Below are positions 24,589-37,929 of a DNA stretch of 64,000 nucleotides, one piece after another. The notes beneath the pieces were generated by a model. That model had not been told where the DNA came from. It made no database searches and worked only from the letters and a program-made list of their open reading frames with translations. The DNA is from Octopus sinensis (Eukaryota). The position numbers were made by a program, and so were the translations under genes. How positions within the stretch are numbered: the first letter of the stretch is position 1; every line of letters begins with the position of its first letter. Location: NCBI RefSeq assembly GCF_006345805.1, contig NC_043006.1:68448001-68512000 (forward strand), read 5' to 3'.

Positions 24589-25019
24589 ATGGTCCCACTA
24601 AAGGGAACTTTTACTAGTTAGTCTTTACATGTTCTTATATGGACATTGGTGGTAGTGTTGGTGGTGGTGTGGGGTACAGCTAGTCCCTGGGTGGGCAGGT
24701 AGAGAGTAGAAGACAAACAGATTACATACACTGGCTGAAAAACCAAGATAGGCTTTGATACTATTGATACTTTGATATCTTGACATATTATGGTTGAAAC
24801 AAAACAATGGAATGGTCACAGCAAGAATGTTGTTGATCATAGAACTACGGGATCAGAGTTGGCCTGGGATTAAACTGCAACTGCTTACACTCACAGTGGG
24901 TGGAGTGTCAAATATCTGGATTTAAAACCCCCGCTACCATCGCCGTTACTACTGTTACCACTACTGCTATTATTACTGCAACCACCAATACCACTCTACT
25001 ACCATCACCGCTAATACAC

Positions 25020-26500
25020 TATCTCAGAAACACCAAAAGCAATAGGGAAATCTAAAAATGCAAAAGACTCAGGGCCACACAAAATCCCAAACATCTAAAA
25101 TGTCATGAGCCTGAAGAAATCATTACACTCACCAATGTCTATCACTTGTCATGCTGACACTGTGAAATTCCAAAAATTTGGAATCCAACAGAATCTCCAA
25201 AGTCCCATCATACAGCAATATCACCTCCTAAAGTACACCTTCAAAAATTCAAGGAAGACTAATTCTTGACATCATTAATGTGCATATCTTATTCTCCAAA
25301 TCACAACATGAACTCAGATTGTATTCTTGGTCACCATACACCTCACAAACACAGAAAATACATGATGACTCCAACATCAAAAAATCTTTGCATGTGCCCC
25401 TTTCTAGCTATCATTGACATCAGCAAAGTTGTTAATTCTATTCCTTGCAATTGACTGATATAAAAAATACCAAACATCACAAGTTGCTAAGCATCTGTAG
25501 CACACAAAGAACACTATCTAAAATCTGTAATTTCCCAAGTAGAGTACTGCAAAGATCCACCATCTCACCTAGCCTTTTATACCTACAACTACCTGACTTT
25601 TTCACACCTCCATAAAGCATAAACATGACCTAATACACAGATGGTATCACATTCACATCCTACTATTCTGCAGATACTTCCTTAAAATACATTGTTCACC
25701 TAAAAACTTGGCTTTGCTACAACATCCTTAAAATAACACCTACCAAATCTACTGTTGCCTCTCTTACCAATAACATCAAATATATATTTCTTTACTACCC
25801 ACAAGGGGATAAACACAGAGGGGACAAACAAGGACAGACAAATGGATTAAGTTGATTATATTGACCCCAGTGCATAACTGGTACTTATTTAATCGACCCT
25901 GAAAGGATGAAAGGCAAAGTCAACCTTAGCAGAATTTGAACTCAGAATGTAACAGCAGACAAAATATGGCTACGCATTTTGCCTGGCGTGCTAACGTTTC
26001 TGCCAGCTCACCGCCTTTTACCAATAACATCAAATATAACCAACCTTTACATTCAACAACATAAACAGACCACACAAAGAGAACACAAACTACTAGGAGT
26101 TGCATGCAACACTTTCATAACATTCACAACAAATATATGTGATACAAATAGTTTATTTAGATCCATTGTGGAATATACCAGTCTTGCTTAGCCTCTTGAT
26201 CTCTCAACAGTAAATCACAAACTGCAAAAAACAGAGGGCTGTACTATGCAGTGTAGCTTGTACATAGGACACATTCGCTGATATGTCCTGTGTACAACAT
26301 ACACAAAAATATTAAAAATGAAAGACATGCAAGGAGCACAGTGTGTTGTTGCAACAACCTTCAGCTGTTGCTATTTCTGCCACTACAGGAAAAAAAAAAC
26401 CCCACCTGAAAACACTCAGACACTTATACAAGAAGCCCAGGCAGAGCACTCCTACAACATCCTAAAAGTACTTTCTCTCCTTCTCTCTCCCATATATCGT
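25020..26500 (+). mobile_element. Highly decayed non-LTR retrotransposon RT relic
   Basis: Residual motifs LAIIDISKVVNSIP (cf. .D.SKAFD.V), a PQG-like region followed by ISPSLL, and YTDGIT (cf. YADD) occur in the expected order. A-rich strand bias. Confidence 0.55.
25785..26017 (-). mobile_element. Full-length SINE family B with 21-bp target-site duplication
   Basis: Head GGCGGTGAGCTGGCAGAAACGTTAG..TGAGTTCAAATTC. Flanked by identical TTACCAATAACATCAAATATA at 25764-25784 and 26018-26038. Confidence 0.92.
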
Positions 26501-26689
26501 AGACGAACAAAAGGAATGCATATTTACACAGTAATACTGAAATGAGATGAAAACCAGTCAACAATAAGGACACTGGACCAACAACTGCCACATCCTCAAC
26601 GAGTCCATCTTGTCTATCTCAGCTGTGATCACTGCTAGAATTGATGAGTCAAAAATAAATAGACTAGAGAGTGGAGAGAGTGCAATATG

Positions 26690-27042
26690 TTGAGACTGTT
26701 AGGCCATGTCATTAATCTTTTTTACAATAGGCACACAGGACTTACTCTTTGTAAGCCTAGTACTTATTCTATCAGTCTCTTTTGCCGAACCACTAAGTTG
26801 CAGGGAAGTAAACACACCAGCATCGGTTGTCAAGCGATGTTGGGGGTACAAGCACAAACACACACACACACACACATGTACGACGGGCTTCTTTCAGTTT
26901 CTGTCTACCAAATCCACTTACAAGGTTTTGGTTGGCCCGAGGCTATAGTAGAAGACACTTGCCCATGGTGCCATGCAGTGGGACTGAACCCGGAACCATG
27001 TGGTTGGTAAGCAAGCTACTTACCACACAACCACTCCTATGC
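26690..27042 (-). mobile_element. SINE family A copy
   Basis: Well-preserved homolog of family A. Confidence 0.88.
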
Positions 27043-27051
27043 CTATATATA

Positions 27052-27244
27052 TAGGGTGGCCCAAAAGTTGGTTTACAGTTACTATGTAGGCACTTTAAAT
27101 TTCTTTTAAAACATTTTATTACATTTAAATTTCTATCTTACAATTAACTAAATTAACATAGATCATAATTAAGATCTAAACCGTTAATATATGAATGCGA
27201 AAGAGATAGTTGAATAATTGTAAACCTACTTTTGGGCCACCCTG
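27052..27244. mobile_element. Tc1/mariner-type MITE
   Basis: 26-bp TIRs (T/C)AGGGTGGCCCAAAAGT(T/A)GGTTTACA, in TA context. Confidence 0.85.
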
Positions 27245-27270
27245 TATGTATATATATATATATATATATA

Positions 27271-27498
27271 TGAGGGGGGAATGAAAGTTCCTAGCTTTAA
27301 GGGTATTGCAAAAGGCCTTGCTGGAGGCCTACTTTCCAAGTTCTTTTACAGGACTTTAAAAAAACTGAAGAACCACTGCAATAAGCATGTGAATATGGGA
27401 GGGGAATATGTTGAATACAAAACAATAAAATCCTAATTATCTGATCATTCCTGCATTTTCTTTTACCCAAAGCCAGGAACTTTTCAGTAACCCTTGCA
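27271..27498 (+). mobile_element. Mariner-derived MITE relic
   Basis: Ends resemble GAGGGG..GAAAGTTCCTAGCTTT / AAAGCCAGGAACTTTTCAG..CCC. Interior retains a transposase C-terminus-like remnant (..GGEYVEY). Sits in (TA)n. Confidence 0.6.
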
Positions 27499-28234
27499 TA
27501 TTACACACGTGGGTGTGAAAAACACACACACACACGTAAAGATGATGAAGAAAAATACAAGGAATTTGAAGAGTGTCAGTTGTGTGTCTATGGAACAGCA
27601 ACGTGTGAGAAAGTGAATGGCAGTGCCCATTATAAAGTTAGAGATGGGTTGGGATGAGACCATTTCAACTCAGTATGAAAGAACAAGTGTGATGGTTTAG
27701 TATAGTGGTGGTGCTGGTGATGATGATGGTGATGGTGAATGTGAAAATAAGGCAAGCAGTGTATGAAAGTAAGAATGAAATGAAAGCTCTCTCCACAAAG
27801 CAAGTTGCCATGAAGATGATTTGAAGGGAGGCACAGAGCTGACATTGTTGATTAATTAAACTAGACTTAGAGAACGACTGCGGAATAGATTCACATCTGT
27901 GGATGGAGGGGAATGAGAGACAGAGAGAGAGAAAGGATGAGATAGTAGGGTGGGGAGTGGGGGGAAGGAAATAAAGCTAGCTGTTATCTAAAGATATCTC
28001 AGAAAAATTAGAACAGTAAACAGACAATTTCTCAATCAAAGTCGATCTTATGGACATACAGTTTGGCCAGAATTACAATGTATCTTTTACAAAGTTGTCA
28101 AAAAGAAGCAAAAAAAAAAAGACAAAGAAATCTAAGATTGCAAAACTTTTTTATGTATGTGTACGTGTCTATCATTTCATTCAAAAATATTCTGTGCTAT
28201 GGGTTTGAAGAAAATAATTCAATATACTCATACA

Positions 28235-28595
28235 TAGGTGCAGTCCCTCAGTCCCACTGCATGGCACCTTGGGAAAGTGTCTTCTACTATAGCCCCAGAC
28301 TAACCAAAGCCTTGTGAATGAATTTGATAACTGGAAACAGAGAAAGCATGGTGCGTGTGTGCGTGTGTGTGTTTACATATATATGCATGTTTGTGTTTGT
28401 CCCCCACTGCACCACTGGACGACTGGTGTTGGTCTGTTTACAACCCTGTAACTTAGTAATCTGGCAAAAAGTGATTGATAGAATAAGTGCCAAACTTTAA
28501 AAAAAAACACTGGGGTTGATTTATTTGACAAAACCCTTCAAGACAGTGCTCCAGCATGGCCATAGCCTAATAACTGGAACAAGTGAAAGATAAGA
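28235..28595 (+). mobile_element. SINE family A copy
   Basis: Homologous to family A; the head is partly lost. Confidence 0.8.
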
Positions 28596-28598
28596 TAT

Positions 28599-29013
28599 CA
28601 TCATCATCATCATCATCATCAATTAACGTCCGCTTTCCATGCTAGCATGGGTTGGACGGTTCAACTGGGGTCTGGGGAGCCCGAAAGCTGCACCAGTCCA
28701 GTCAGATCTGGCAGTGTTTCTACAGCTGGATGCCCTTCCTAACGCCAACCACTCCGAGAGTGTAGTGGGTGATTTTATGTGCCACCGACACAGGTGCCAG
28801 ACGAGGCTGGCAAACGGCCACGCTCGGATGGTGTTTTTTATGTGCCACCGACACAGGTGCCAGACGAGGCTGGCAGACGGCCACGCTCGGATGGTGTTTT
28901 TTATGTGCCACCGACACAGGTGCCAGACGAGGCTGGCAGACGGCCACGCTCGGATGGTGTTTTTATGTGCCACCGACACAGGTGCCAGACGAGGCTGGCA
29001 GACGGCCACGCTC
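28599..29013 (-). mobile_element. SINE family C with internal 63-bp tandem array (about 3.8 units)
   Basis: ATGTGCCACCGACACAGGTGCCAGACGAGGCTGGCAGACGGCCACGCTCGGATGGTGTTTTT starts at 28777, 28840, 28903 and 28965. Confidence 0.92.
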
Positions 29014-30366
29014 ATATATATATATATATATACTAAGCAATAAAGGGTTAGCAACGAATTGCCTCACCACATACCGAATTTAGAAATAGCAGTCAAAGAG
29101 TTATAGCTATTTCTTCTACTAAAAAGGGAGATCTCAGTAAAAACAGCAATATATATATATAGTCTTATCTTACTTACACACACACACATATATATATATT
29201 TATACCAGTGTGTTTCATATCTTCATATATAAGGCCATTGGAATTCCAAGTAGACATTGCCTGAACCAGAACTGGCTGATAATTATCTAAGTTTATATAA
29301 GCTAAACACACACACACTATTTTAAAACCTGTCTCAAGGTGTTCTATAACTTTTATGTCCATATAAATATTTATACCCATTTTTATCTGTGCCAGGTGGG
29401 TTGTATATGTCTGCAAATATCAAGATTTACATATTTCAGTTAAATCAAATACATCTGTCAGGCTTTGCTGACATTCATCCCTAATGTAGAAATAATATCA
29501 AATTGCCATGAATCATCATTAGTATTGGTTTTGGACCTTACTGATTATATTTATTTATTGATTCTACCACATATTTCTGGAAATGTTTCATCCTCTATGG
29601 TCATTCATTCAAGCTGCAAGAAATAACAGCCAAAGTCACTCAAATTACATTGTGATGTCTTAAGAAATGAAGTACACATTGGATAATGTAATCACAGATA
29701 CACACAAAGTCATGATGTTTATGGCTGGAGTGAATTTGCTCATAAGTTGTCTTGATCATGTCTGATCTGGGGCTAAACAACCACATGTTCAAACTGGGAT
29801 TTGAATATATACCCCATTATTTCATGCGTGATTCAACACTCATATTCCTCAGGTGTCACACAAATAGGATCCTTAATTAGATAGCCAGGTGATATAGTGC
29901 ATAAGACTGTTTGAACCCTGGTCGTTGAGTTTAATTCCACCTTCATGTACACATACATGAGTGAGACCTGATGACATTAACCTGTCTGAAAGAGAGATGT
30001 GGCCAATGATGTTCAAAGATGGCCAATACCAGTGTAATATTCCTAACTTTTATTCTACACCAGGGAAGCAACGGTCAGCTAGAAATAAGGATGGCTATTT
30101 CAGGATAGCTTCTGATGAGATTTGAAATTGTGATACTGTGTTAAGAGTTGATTAATGTCGTTAGGTCATTGCCACTATTGTTACAGTAACCATTGCTGTC
30201 ATCACTACCATTATTGGCCTATCCAGGAACCTCCACCACCTCTATGGAAAAAACAGGAATAAACATTCTGTGTGCTTTGAAAATATAGAATATGTGCAAT
30301 GATATCATATGAATGCATATTGTGAAGAACAGATGTGAGAAAGTAGTGCACATATATAGAAGAGTA

Positions 30367-30443
<77 letters not shown>

Positions 30444-30669
30444 ACAACTCTTTTATTCTTTTCTCTGGTTTTAATGACAGGACTAAGGCCAAGATGGAGC
30501 AGCACCTTCAATTGTTTTGGGGATCATAACTTTAGTAATTACTTTATCAATTTCAACATAAAGGAATGCCATGCAAATAACACTGATTGTAAGACTGACA
30601 CAAACATACAAATGATGAATCAATAGGAAGTTAAGGCAATGATTTTATATGTAAGCAAATTAAACAAAT

Positions 30670-31630
30670 AGGAGGAACAAATCGACCCCAGGACTTATTC
30701 TCTGTTAGCTTAGTACTTATCCTATTGGTCTCCTTTACCAAACTGCTAAGTTACAGGGACGGAAACGCACCAATATCAGTTGTCAAGCGATAGTGGGGAG
30801 ACAAATACAGACACACAAACATATATATATATATGACAGGCTTCTTTCAGTTTCCGCCTACCAAATCCACTCACAAGGCTTTGGTTAGCCCTAGGCTATA
30901 GTAGAAAACACTTGTCTAAGGTGCCATGCAGTGGGACTGAACCTGGAACCATGTGGTTGGGAAGTGAGCTACTTACCACACAACCACTCCGGTGCCTTAT
31001 ATCTTTCAACATTTACTTGTTTCAATATTGGACTATAGCCATGCTGGGACACCATCACAAAGGATTTAATCAAACAAGGTGACTCCAGTATTCATTTTTT
31101 TAAAACCAGGTACTTATTCTGTTGGTCTCTTTTGCCAAAGCACTAAGTTACAGGAACATAAACAAACAAACACTGGATGTGAAGTAGTGATGAAGGACAA
31201 ATATAAACAGAAAAGCATACACTTGCACACGCATATACACATACTCATATACAGGGTGCAGTAGAAGTAACGCCCTTATTGCACGTAATTTTTATAGTAT
31301 ATAAATGTTTATTAAGTAATTTTTTATTGAACACAAATTTTTTGGATTACTTAAAGAAATGAATAATAAACTAATGAAAAAATCGCAGAAGTTTTTAGGA
31401 AATAAAAAAAAGAAACTCAATCAGAAACCAGAAAACTCAAATACAAAAGGGTGTTATTTCTGCTGCACCCTGTATATATGTATAAATGTATATAGAGAGA
31501 TATGACAGTCTTTATTTCAGTTTTTGTTTACCAAATCCACATACGAAGCTTTGGTTGGCTCAGGGCTATAATAAAAGACACTTGTCAAAAGTGCTGCACA
31601 GTGGGATTGAACCCAAGACCACATGGTAGG
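30670..31630 (-). mobile_element. Cluster of SINE family A copies; the second is split by a Tc1-type MITE
   Basis: Full copy at about 30670-30995. The next copy has its 3' half at 31010-31250 and its 5' half at 31500-31630, on either side of the MITE. Confidence 0.8.
31252..31472. mobile_element. Tc1/mariner-type MITE with TA duplication
   Basis: TIRs CAGGGTGCAGTAGAAGTAACGCCCTT / AAGGGTGTTATTTCTGCTGCACCCTG; TA on both sides. Confidence 0.88.
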
Positions 31631-31944
31631 GGGACACATCATCAGTGATGCTTCATGGAGTCATTAGGGTGTTTGTGGTTTTTTTGGGGTGTGTGTTTGT
31701 TTTTTTAGAGTGTTTTTGTTTAGGCAGGTGACCCAGGCATAGTTGATCAAGCCCAAGTTTGTGTCCAGTTAGTACTATTCCAGATTGCATTACCCCTTCC
31801 ACAACCACCACCCTTGATCAACAGCCACTTTCAGGCAACCTCCACTGCTTCTACACCCAATTTAATGTATTTCCATTCACTGGCCTGTATGATGCTAAGC
31901 CTGTTGTAAGCTCTGCAGGGGACTAGCTTGCAAATCCTTTACAT

Positions 31945-32229
31945 CAGTAGTTCCCAAACTCTTTCAGGCTGCCACCCCTTGGCACCCAAGCCACACTCCT
32001 AGTGCCCCCACCTTACTCTCACCACCACAAACATAAAATATTTTCTGCAGCAAATTCAAAACAACTGTTTTCCAAATAAAACTTAACCTAATTAACTCAT
32101 TATTTTGTTGTTTTTACATCCATTGCCCCATTTTGGCTACCCCATTATCACCCCACTTATTTTCAACATCTCACCCTGGATCATTCTACCATCCCCAGAG
32201 GGAAATACTGCCCACTTTGGAAACCACTG
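31945..32229. mobile_element. hAT (Charlie-like) MITE
   Basis: TIRs CAGTAGTTCCCAAA / TTTGGAAACCACTG; 8-bp TSD CTTTACAT / CCTTACAT. Confidence 0.88.
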
Positions 32230-32310
32230 CCTTACATCCATCTCAATGGGATCACAACTTGCTTGCTACCCATTGCTTTAATATAGTACCACCAACTTAG
32301 CAAATTTCCT

Positions 32311-32355
<45 letters not shown>

Positions 32356-32475
32356 CATTTTGTTGTAATAATGATCATGGATTAAATATTTTACTCACTC
32401 TCAGACTTATCTCCAAGTACTTTATTCTAAGTGGCTGGACATCTTTTAAATTTGCTACTCCTAATAATATATATT

Positions 32476-32870
32476 AGGAGTGGCTGTGTGATAAGTAGCT
32501 TGCTTACTAGCCACATAGTTCCGGGTTCAGTCCCACTGTGTGGCACCTTGGGCAATAGTCTTCTACTATAGCCTGGGGCCGACCAAAGCCTTGTGAGTGG
32601 ATTTGGTAGATGGAAACTGAAAAAAGCCCGACTATATATGTGTGTGTGTGTGTGTGTGTGTTTGTCCCCCCGCCATCGCTTGACAACTGATACTGGTGTG
32701 TTTATGTCACCGTAACTTAGTGGTTCGGCAAACGAGACCGAGAGAATATGTACCAGGCTAGCAAAGAATAAGTCCTGGTGTCGATTTGTTCGACTAAAGG
32801 CAGTGTTCCAGCATGGCCGCAGTCAAATGACTGAAACAAGTAAAAAGAATAAAACAAAAAAAACAAAAAA
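32476..32870 (+). mobile_element. SINE family A, full-length reference copy
   Basis: A-box-like TGGCTGTGTGATAAG, B-box-like GGTTCAGTCCC, central (TG)n, A-rich tail. Confidence 0.9.
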
Positions 32871-33283
32871 ATATATATATATATAATACACATACATATG
32901 TTTTAGGGTCTGCAATATAGCAAAATAAAACAACTATATTCTAAGCAATAAGGAAGTAGTAAAAGCTCCCACTAGCAGTGTTTAAGTTTTAAAAAAAACA
33001 CTCAACTTCAATAAGACAAGTTAAACGAATATTTTGGACAATATACACAACAGAAACTGAAATAGTCCTGGTCTTTAATTACAAAGATGCAAACGTGTGT
33101 TTGTTTCCTCACCAGTTTGTTTGAAACAGATCTACTTTAATCATCTCTATTGTCCAAATATTTCAGTCAACTTATCTCTCTTGCTTGCTGTTTTTAGATT
33201 TTTAAAGATTTCTGGAAGGAATTTCTGCTAATTTGTGAATAATTTCAGTTAGAGAAGTTTTTCAATTCACTATATTATATGGC

Positions 33284-33577
33284 GGAGGCACATGGCACAG
33301 TAGTTAGAGCAGCGGACTAGCAGTCGAGGGATCGTGGGTTCAAATCTCAGACCGGGCAATGTGTGTGTTTATGAATGAAACACTTAAGCTCCATGCAGCT
33401 CTGGCAGAAGGTAATGGCGAACTTCTGCTGACTCTTTCACCAGAAATTTCTCTCACTCTTTCCTCCTGCATCTTGCAGCTCACCTGTGAGGGACTGGTGT
33501 CCCCTCCAGGTGGGGAACCTATACGCCAAGGAAACCGGCCCTTATAAGCCAGGGTTGGCTCGAGAAGGAACAAACAA
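33284..33577 (+). mobile_element. tRNA-derived SINE of a separate family with 12-bp TSD
   Basis: tRNA-like head GGAGGCACATGGCACAGTAGTTAGAGC..GGGTTCAAATCTC and (AAAC) tail. ATATTATATGGC is duplicated at 33272-33283 and 33578-33589. Confidence 0.85.
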
Positions 33578-34538
33578 ATATTATATGGCCTTAACTGATG
33601 TGTGTTTGATAAACAGAATGCTCTTATAAGGTATACATCCATCTATATATACATATGTCCTCCTCCTCCACCACCTCCTCTTCCTCTTATACTGGCTTTT
33701 CATCATGACATAGGTTTAACTACTGTATGTATGCATATGTGTGAGTGTGTGTGTGTGTATACATATATATATATATATATATATATAGCATGTATAAAGT
33801 TTGCATGTGTGTTTATGTGCACTGCATATGTATGTATTTACAAGCATATACACAACATCAATGATATACATCAACTTTTTTGTTCAAGATTTTCTTTTCC
33901 AACTGATTTTTCCCACTTTGTGTAAATTACTTTTTCTGTTACTTAATATATTTTGTTAAAGGGTTTCCAGACCCCCTTCTACCCAGTTTCAGACATCATC
34001 TACTCAATTTCTTATTTTGTACTTTTTACCAACAACTGTTTTTACTTCTTCACATCTTAAAATTTCAGTCTGACAGAGAGAGAGAGGGAGGGGGGAGAAA
34101 GAGAGAGAGAAATAGAGAGAGAGAGAGAGAAAGAATATACATAGTTTGGCAGAGAAGGAGAATCAGATGTCTATAACTAGACAGAACATGGGGTAGAATG
34201 CGAGTAAATGTGTGTATTTTACCAGTTTTCTTACAAGAAAAACACCTTTGACAGTTTCAAGTGATGAAAAGCTGTCTGTTCCAGCTGTAATAAATAAGAA
34301 ATGGTATAAAATGATGTCTCTTCAAGACACACTACCATAAAATTAGTGGTTGACTCTTAACTCTTATCTTCAATGGATACCAAATGAATCACCCACTGGA
34401 TATGTTGTCACACTTCCACAGATAAACTATTTATTTTCACAGCAATTTTTAAATGAATTAGCGACAGAAGAAGGTGCAGGGCCCATTACTTTTGTAGCTC
34501 TCCATACACTAAGCAGATTGATGGGTTTGATTTTTTAA

Positions 34539-34758
34539 CCCTTTAGTATTTAATCTGGCCATAACTGCCCCAAATATTCTACCTGTATTATGGTCAAAGA
34601 GCCAGATCAGGCCTCTCACATCTACCCTACAATGTCATAAAAAAAAAAACGATACAATCATATCACTGAAATCTTGAAGCCACAAGATAATGCATGGTTA
34701 ATTCAAAACCATGTGACTAATGAAGCATATTTGACAGATTAATCTAAATGTTAAAGAG
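34539..34758. mobile_element. piggyBac-like MITE (TTAA-flanked)
   Basis: TTAA|CCCTTTAG ... TTAAAGAG|TTAA; homologous to 40830-41048. Confidence 0.8.
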
Positions 34759-35045
34759 TTAATTCCAAACTTTTCCAGGTTGACGTCTAGGCCAGTATGG
34801 ATATGAGGATGGCTGGAGGTGGTGTGTAGCCTGCTAGTTAAAATGAATAGAACCCACTGTAGTAGCTGTAGAAGGAAAAGAGTGGATATGGTACCACTCT
34901 GTCAACAGTTGTATTTGTGAATGAATTTATGGGAAGTAGTTGTTTGGATTTATTGACTTAGCATGATTGTATGCATAACAACAGATGTAAGAGCAGTACT
35001 GTATTGTGGTCTGCAATGTGTAATGATATATGTAACAAGGTATAT

Positions 35046-35402
35046 GGGTCAGTGGTTAGGCCATCAGGTACACAATCATGAGGTAGTGAGTTCAATTCCC
35101 GGACTGGCTGTGTGTTGTGTTCTTGAGCAAGACACTTTATTTCATGTTGCTCCAGTGCACTCGTCTGTAGAAATGAGTTGCAACATCACTGGTACTAAGT
35201 TGTATCAGCCTTTGCCTTTCCCTTGGATAAAATCAGTGGTGTGGAGAGGGGAAACTGGTATGCATGGGTGACTGCCAGTTTTCCATAAAAAAATAAAAAT
35301 AAAAGAAAAAAGAAAACCCCACCAAAAAAAATAGCCAGACTTGTACTTCAGAGGGTAACTTTCTAGGTGCAATCCCATGGTCCTTCATGATGGAAAGGGG
35401 CC
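35046..35402 (+). mobile_element. tRNA-headed SINE family G (TGTGTTCTTGAGCAAGACACTT central domain)
   Basis: Reverse-complement homolog at 60817-61150; partial copy at about 8670-8860. Confidence 0.8.
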
Positions 35403-35998
35403 TTTATATGTAACAATAGCATTATCCCAGATACAGATGGATACAATATTTCAAATGTGTGATTCATGTTGCTCATGTGAATGATGTGTGCTGAGGAAAA
35501 ACAGTTTTTTAAATATATATGGTGCCTGTGTCTTTGTACAGCTGTAAAAAAAAATCGATAGGAAGGGTTCAGTGCCTAATTATTTAAAGGAAATGTGTGT
35601 GTTTTGTGTCTTGTTATTAAAGGTGACAAGATTTTCAGAACAATTTAAAACTGTTTTCAAGAGCTCTGGTTGTGTCTAATGTGAGGTACCTAGGATAGAT
35701 TTGGATGATACCTATATGCTGAAAGATAAAGATAAATGAAGAGTTGTATGAGTTACATAGTTGAGTGTGTGCATATGGGCATGCACATATGTGTGCTCGC
35801 GTGCACGCACATGTGTATGTGCAGTGCTGTCTGAAAGCATGGGCAGTTGTCTGGGGGCTTCATAGATCTAGGGGCCCAATTCTGATCTGTGTAGGCTGTA
35901 ACTTGCTGTTAATAAATACTAAGGGGTTCAGCGCAGTCATTTGCTGGGTTGGCCACGTGTGTATGTGTGTGTGTGTGTGTTAGCAATGACAGTATGTA

Positions 35999-36161
35999 CT
36001 GTATTTTAATGTTTATAAGGAACCCCCTAATTTTGGGGGGCTTAAAATTTGGAGAAGAGGTTTTGTAAGGGATTATAATACTATCCATGTATAAGAAACT
36101 CCCATATTTTTTTAACCTAATTTTTGACAAAACAGGGTTCCTTATATACGTTAAAATATGG
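35999..36161. mobile_element. pogo/Tigger-like MITE
   Basis: TIRs CTGTATTTTAATGTTTATAAGGAACCC / GGGTTCCTTATATACGTTAAAATATGG; TA flanks. Confidence 0.7.
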
Positions 36162-37893
36162 TAAATTGTTAACAAATGGAAGGAAGTGTGTGAAATACAT
36201 AATCAAGCTTTGGTGTACACCACAGTTCATAGAAAATGAATGATGGAGAATACTTTGGTCCTAACTGGAATTGAATTCTTGTCAGGAAGTCGTTGATCAA
36301 ATGAAATGAGAGACAGCTGACTAGCAAGGATGAGAAATTGAGTCATGGAGTTTTTATATCAGATATGGTGGAAGTCAGAGGCAATATTGCTGTCACCAAA
36401 GTTTTTAAGACCAATGGTAGATATAGAGAAATAACGCTCTGATTGTTGTGATTCTGGCTGTCATTGAGAAAAGAGAGAGAGAAAGAGGGGGAGAGAGAGT
36501 GGGGGAGAGACTGAAAGTGATAAAGAAGGTGATTATGAGCAACTACTTCCATCATCTTTGAGCTTTGGAGGTGATAAGTCATAATTGGTAGGGTCATAAA
36601 GATTGACATTGTGAGAGATGGAACATAATGTCAGAGTGAATTTCCATAGTTTGGGATAAGGTCTGTTTAGAGTGTGGGGAGATGGGGGGGGGGGCAGAAA
36701 TTATAATGAATTTGGTAAATATGGGTGCAAATTCTGGAGAAAATTTTCTATAAGTATATTAAAAGGACAGTGTGAAGATTAGTTAAACTACTGTAGGATG
36801 TGATCTTGTAATCTGTGAAGAAGAACCAGGAAAGCAACAGCTAAAGTAACATGTAGTAATTTAGTCAGAACCTTTTACACTTTGAGTTCTAATCCAACAT
36901 AGGCTGATATTTTTTCTAAGATAGATAACATAAAATAACAGTCATGTAATGGATTGATTAAATCAAATACTCTTCCTCCCCAAAATGTTGTATTAGGGAC
37001 CACATACCCATCCCTAAAATGTTGGATCTGTGACTACGGGCTATCTTTACTGAAATGCTAACCCCAACAGAATGCAGACTAACTGATACCAACATCTGGT
37101 CTGCACAACAATGTATAGCATACGTTGGAAGAATCACTGTTGAATCCCAGCTAAAGTATCCACATGACTTGAACTCATCAATAGAGACCCAAAATGTTCT
37201 CATCTGTAAATCTTTCGTTTTGAGTTCATACATGTAAAGATGTTGATGAATTTTGTGCCCATGTAAAACATGAGTCATCTTATTATTAACACTCAAATCT
37301 CAAACGTCATCCTCTTATTAATACTTAAAACTCCTTTCCATTATTTAGGCACTTGTATTTATAAATATATGTATGTGTATATATACACACACATATATAT
37401 TTACATATGTTTGTGTGTGTATACACTTATAATCTATCTATCTCAAGATAACAGATTGATATAAATATATCATCATCATCATTTAATGTCCATGTTGGTA
37501 TGAGTTTGACAGAACCCAATGGGTCTAAGGACTGCATTGCAGCCCAGTGTCTGCTTTGGCATGGATTCTACAACTGGATGCCCTTCCTAATGTCAACCAA
37601 TTTACAATTTGAACTGTGTGAATTTTTTTATGCCACCAGCACTACTGAGGTGACCAAGTAGCTCACAAGTCTACAAAACCTGTGAAGTAGGAAGTGAGGT
37701 GGGGTATCTTTACGCCAGATGGGAGTTAGGGTATGAAAGAAAAGGGTTGGATAGAACAGGATCTTATTGTAGAAGAGCTACATGGCTACTCACATTTAGG
37801 GGAGAAAGAGAGAATGAATTAGTACAGTAGTATCACTAATGAGATAAACAGTGGTATATATTATCATGTTTTATTATTATGTGTATATATGTA

Positions 37894-37929
<36 letters not shown>

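Noticed and set aside
28777-29013. CRISPR-like array
   Set aside because: Units are contiguous and near-identical with no unique spacers; eukaryotic SINE context.
28623-29083. Repeat-protein-like ORFs (21-aa repeats)
   Set aside because: All frames are open only because the 63-bp SINE module is a multiple of 3.
29970-30000. CTGATGA...TGAAA hammerhead-like spacing (also about 3455 on - and a UUCG hairpin at about 29060 on -)
   Set aside because: Stems I/III cannot be formed or the cores are missing; compatible with chance.
33284-33360. Possible tRNA gene
   Set aside because: The tRNA-like head continues into a SINE body with tail and TSD, and there is no complete cloverleaf or terminator.
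36230-36700. Possible decayed LINE RT on the minus strand
   Set aside because: Only vague motif similarity (LINDFLTR..FQ); too weak to call without a profile search.
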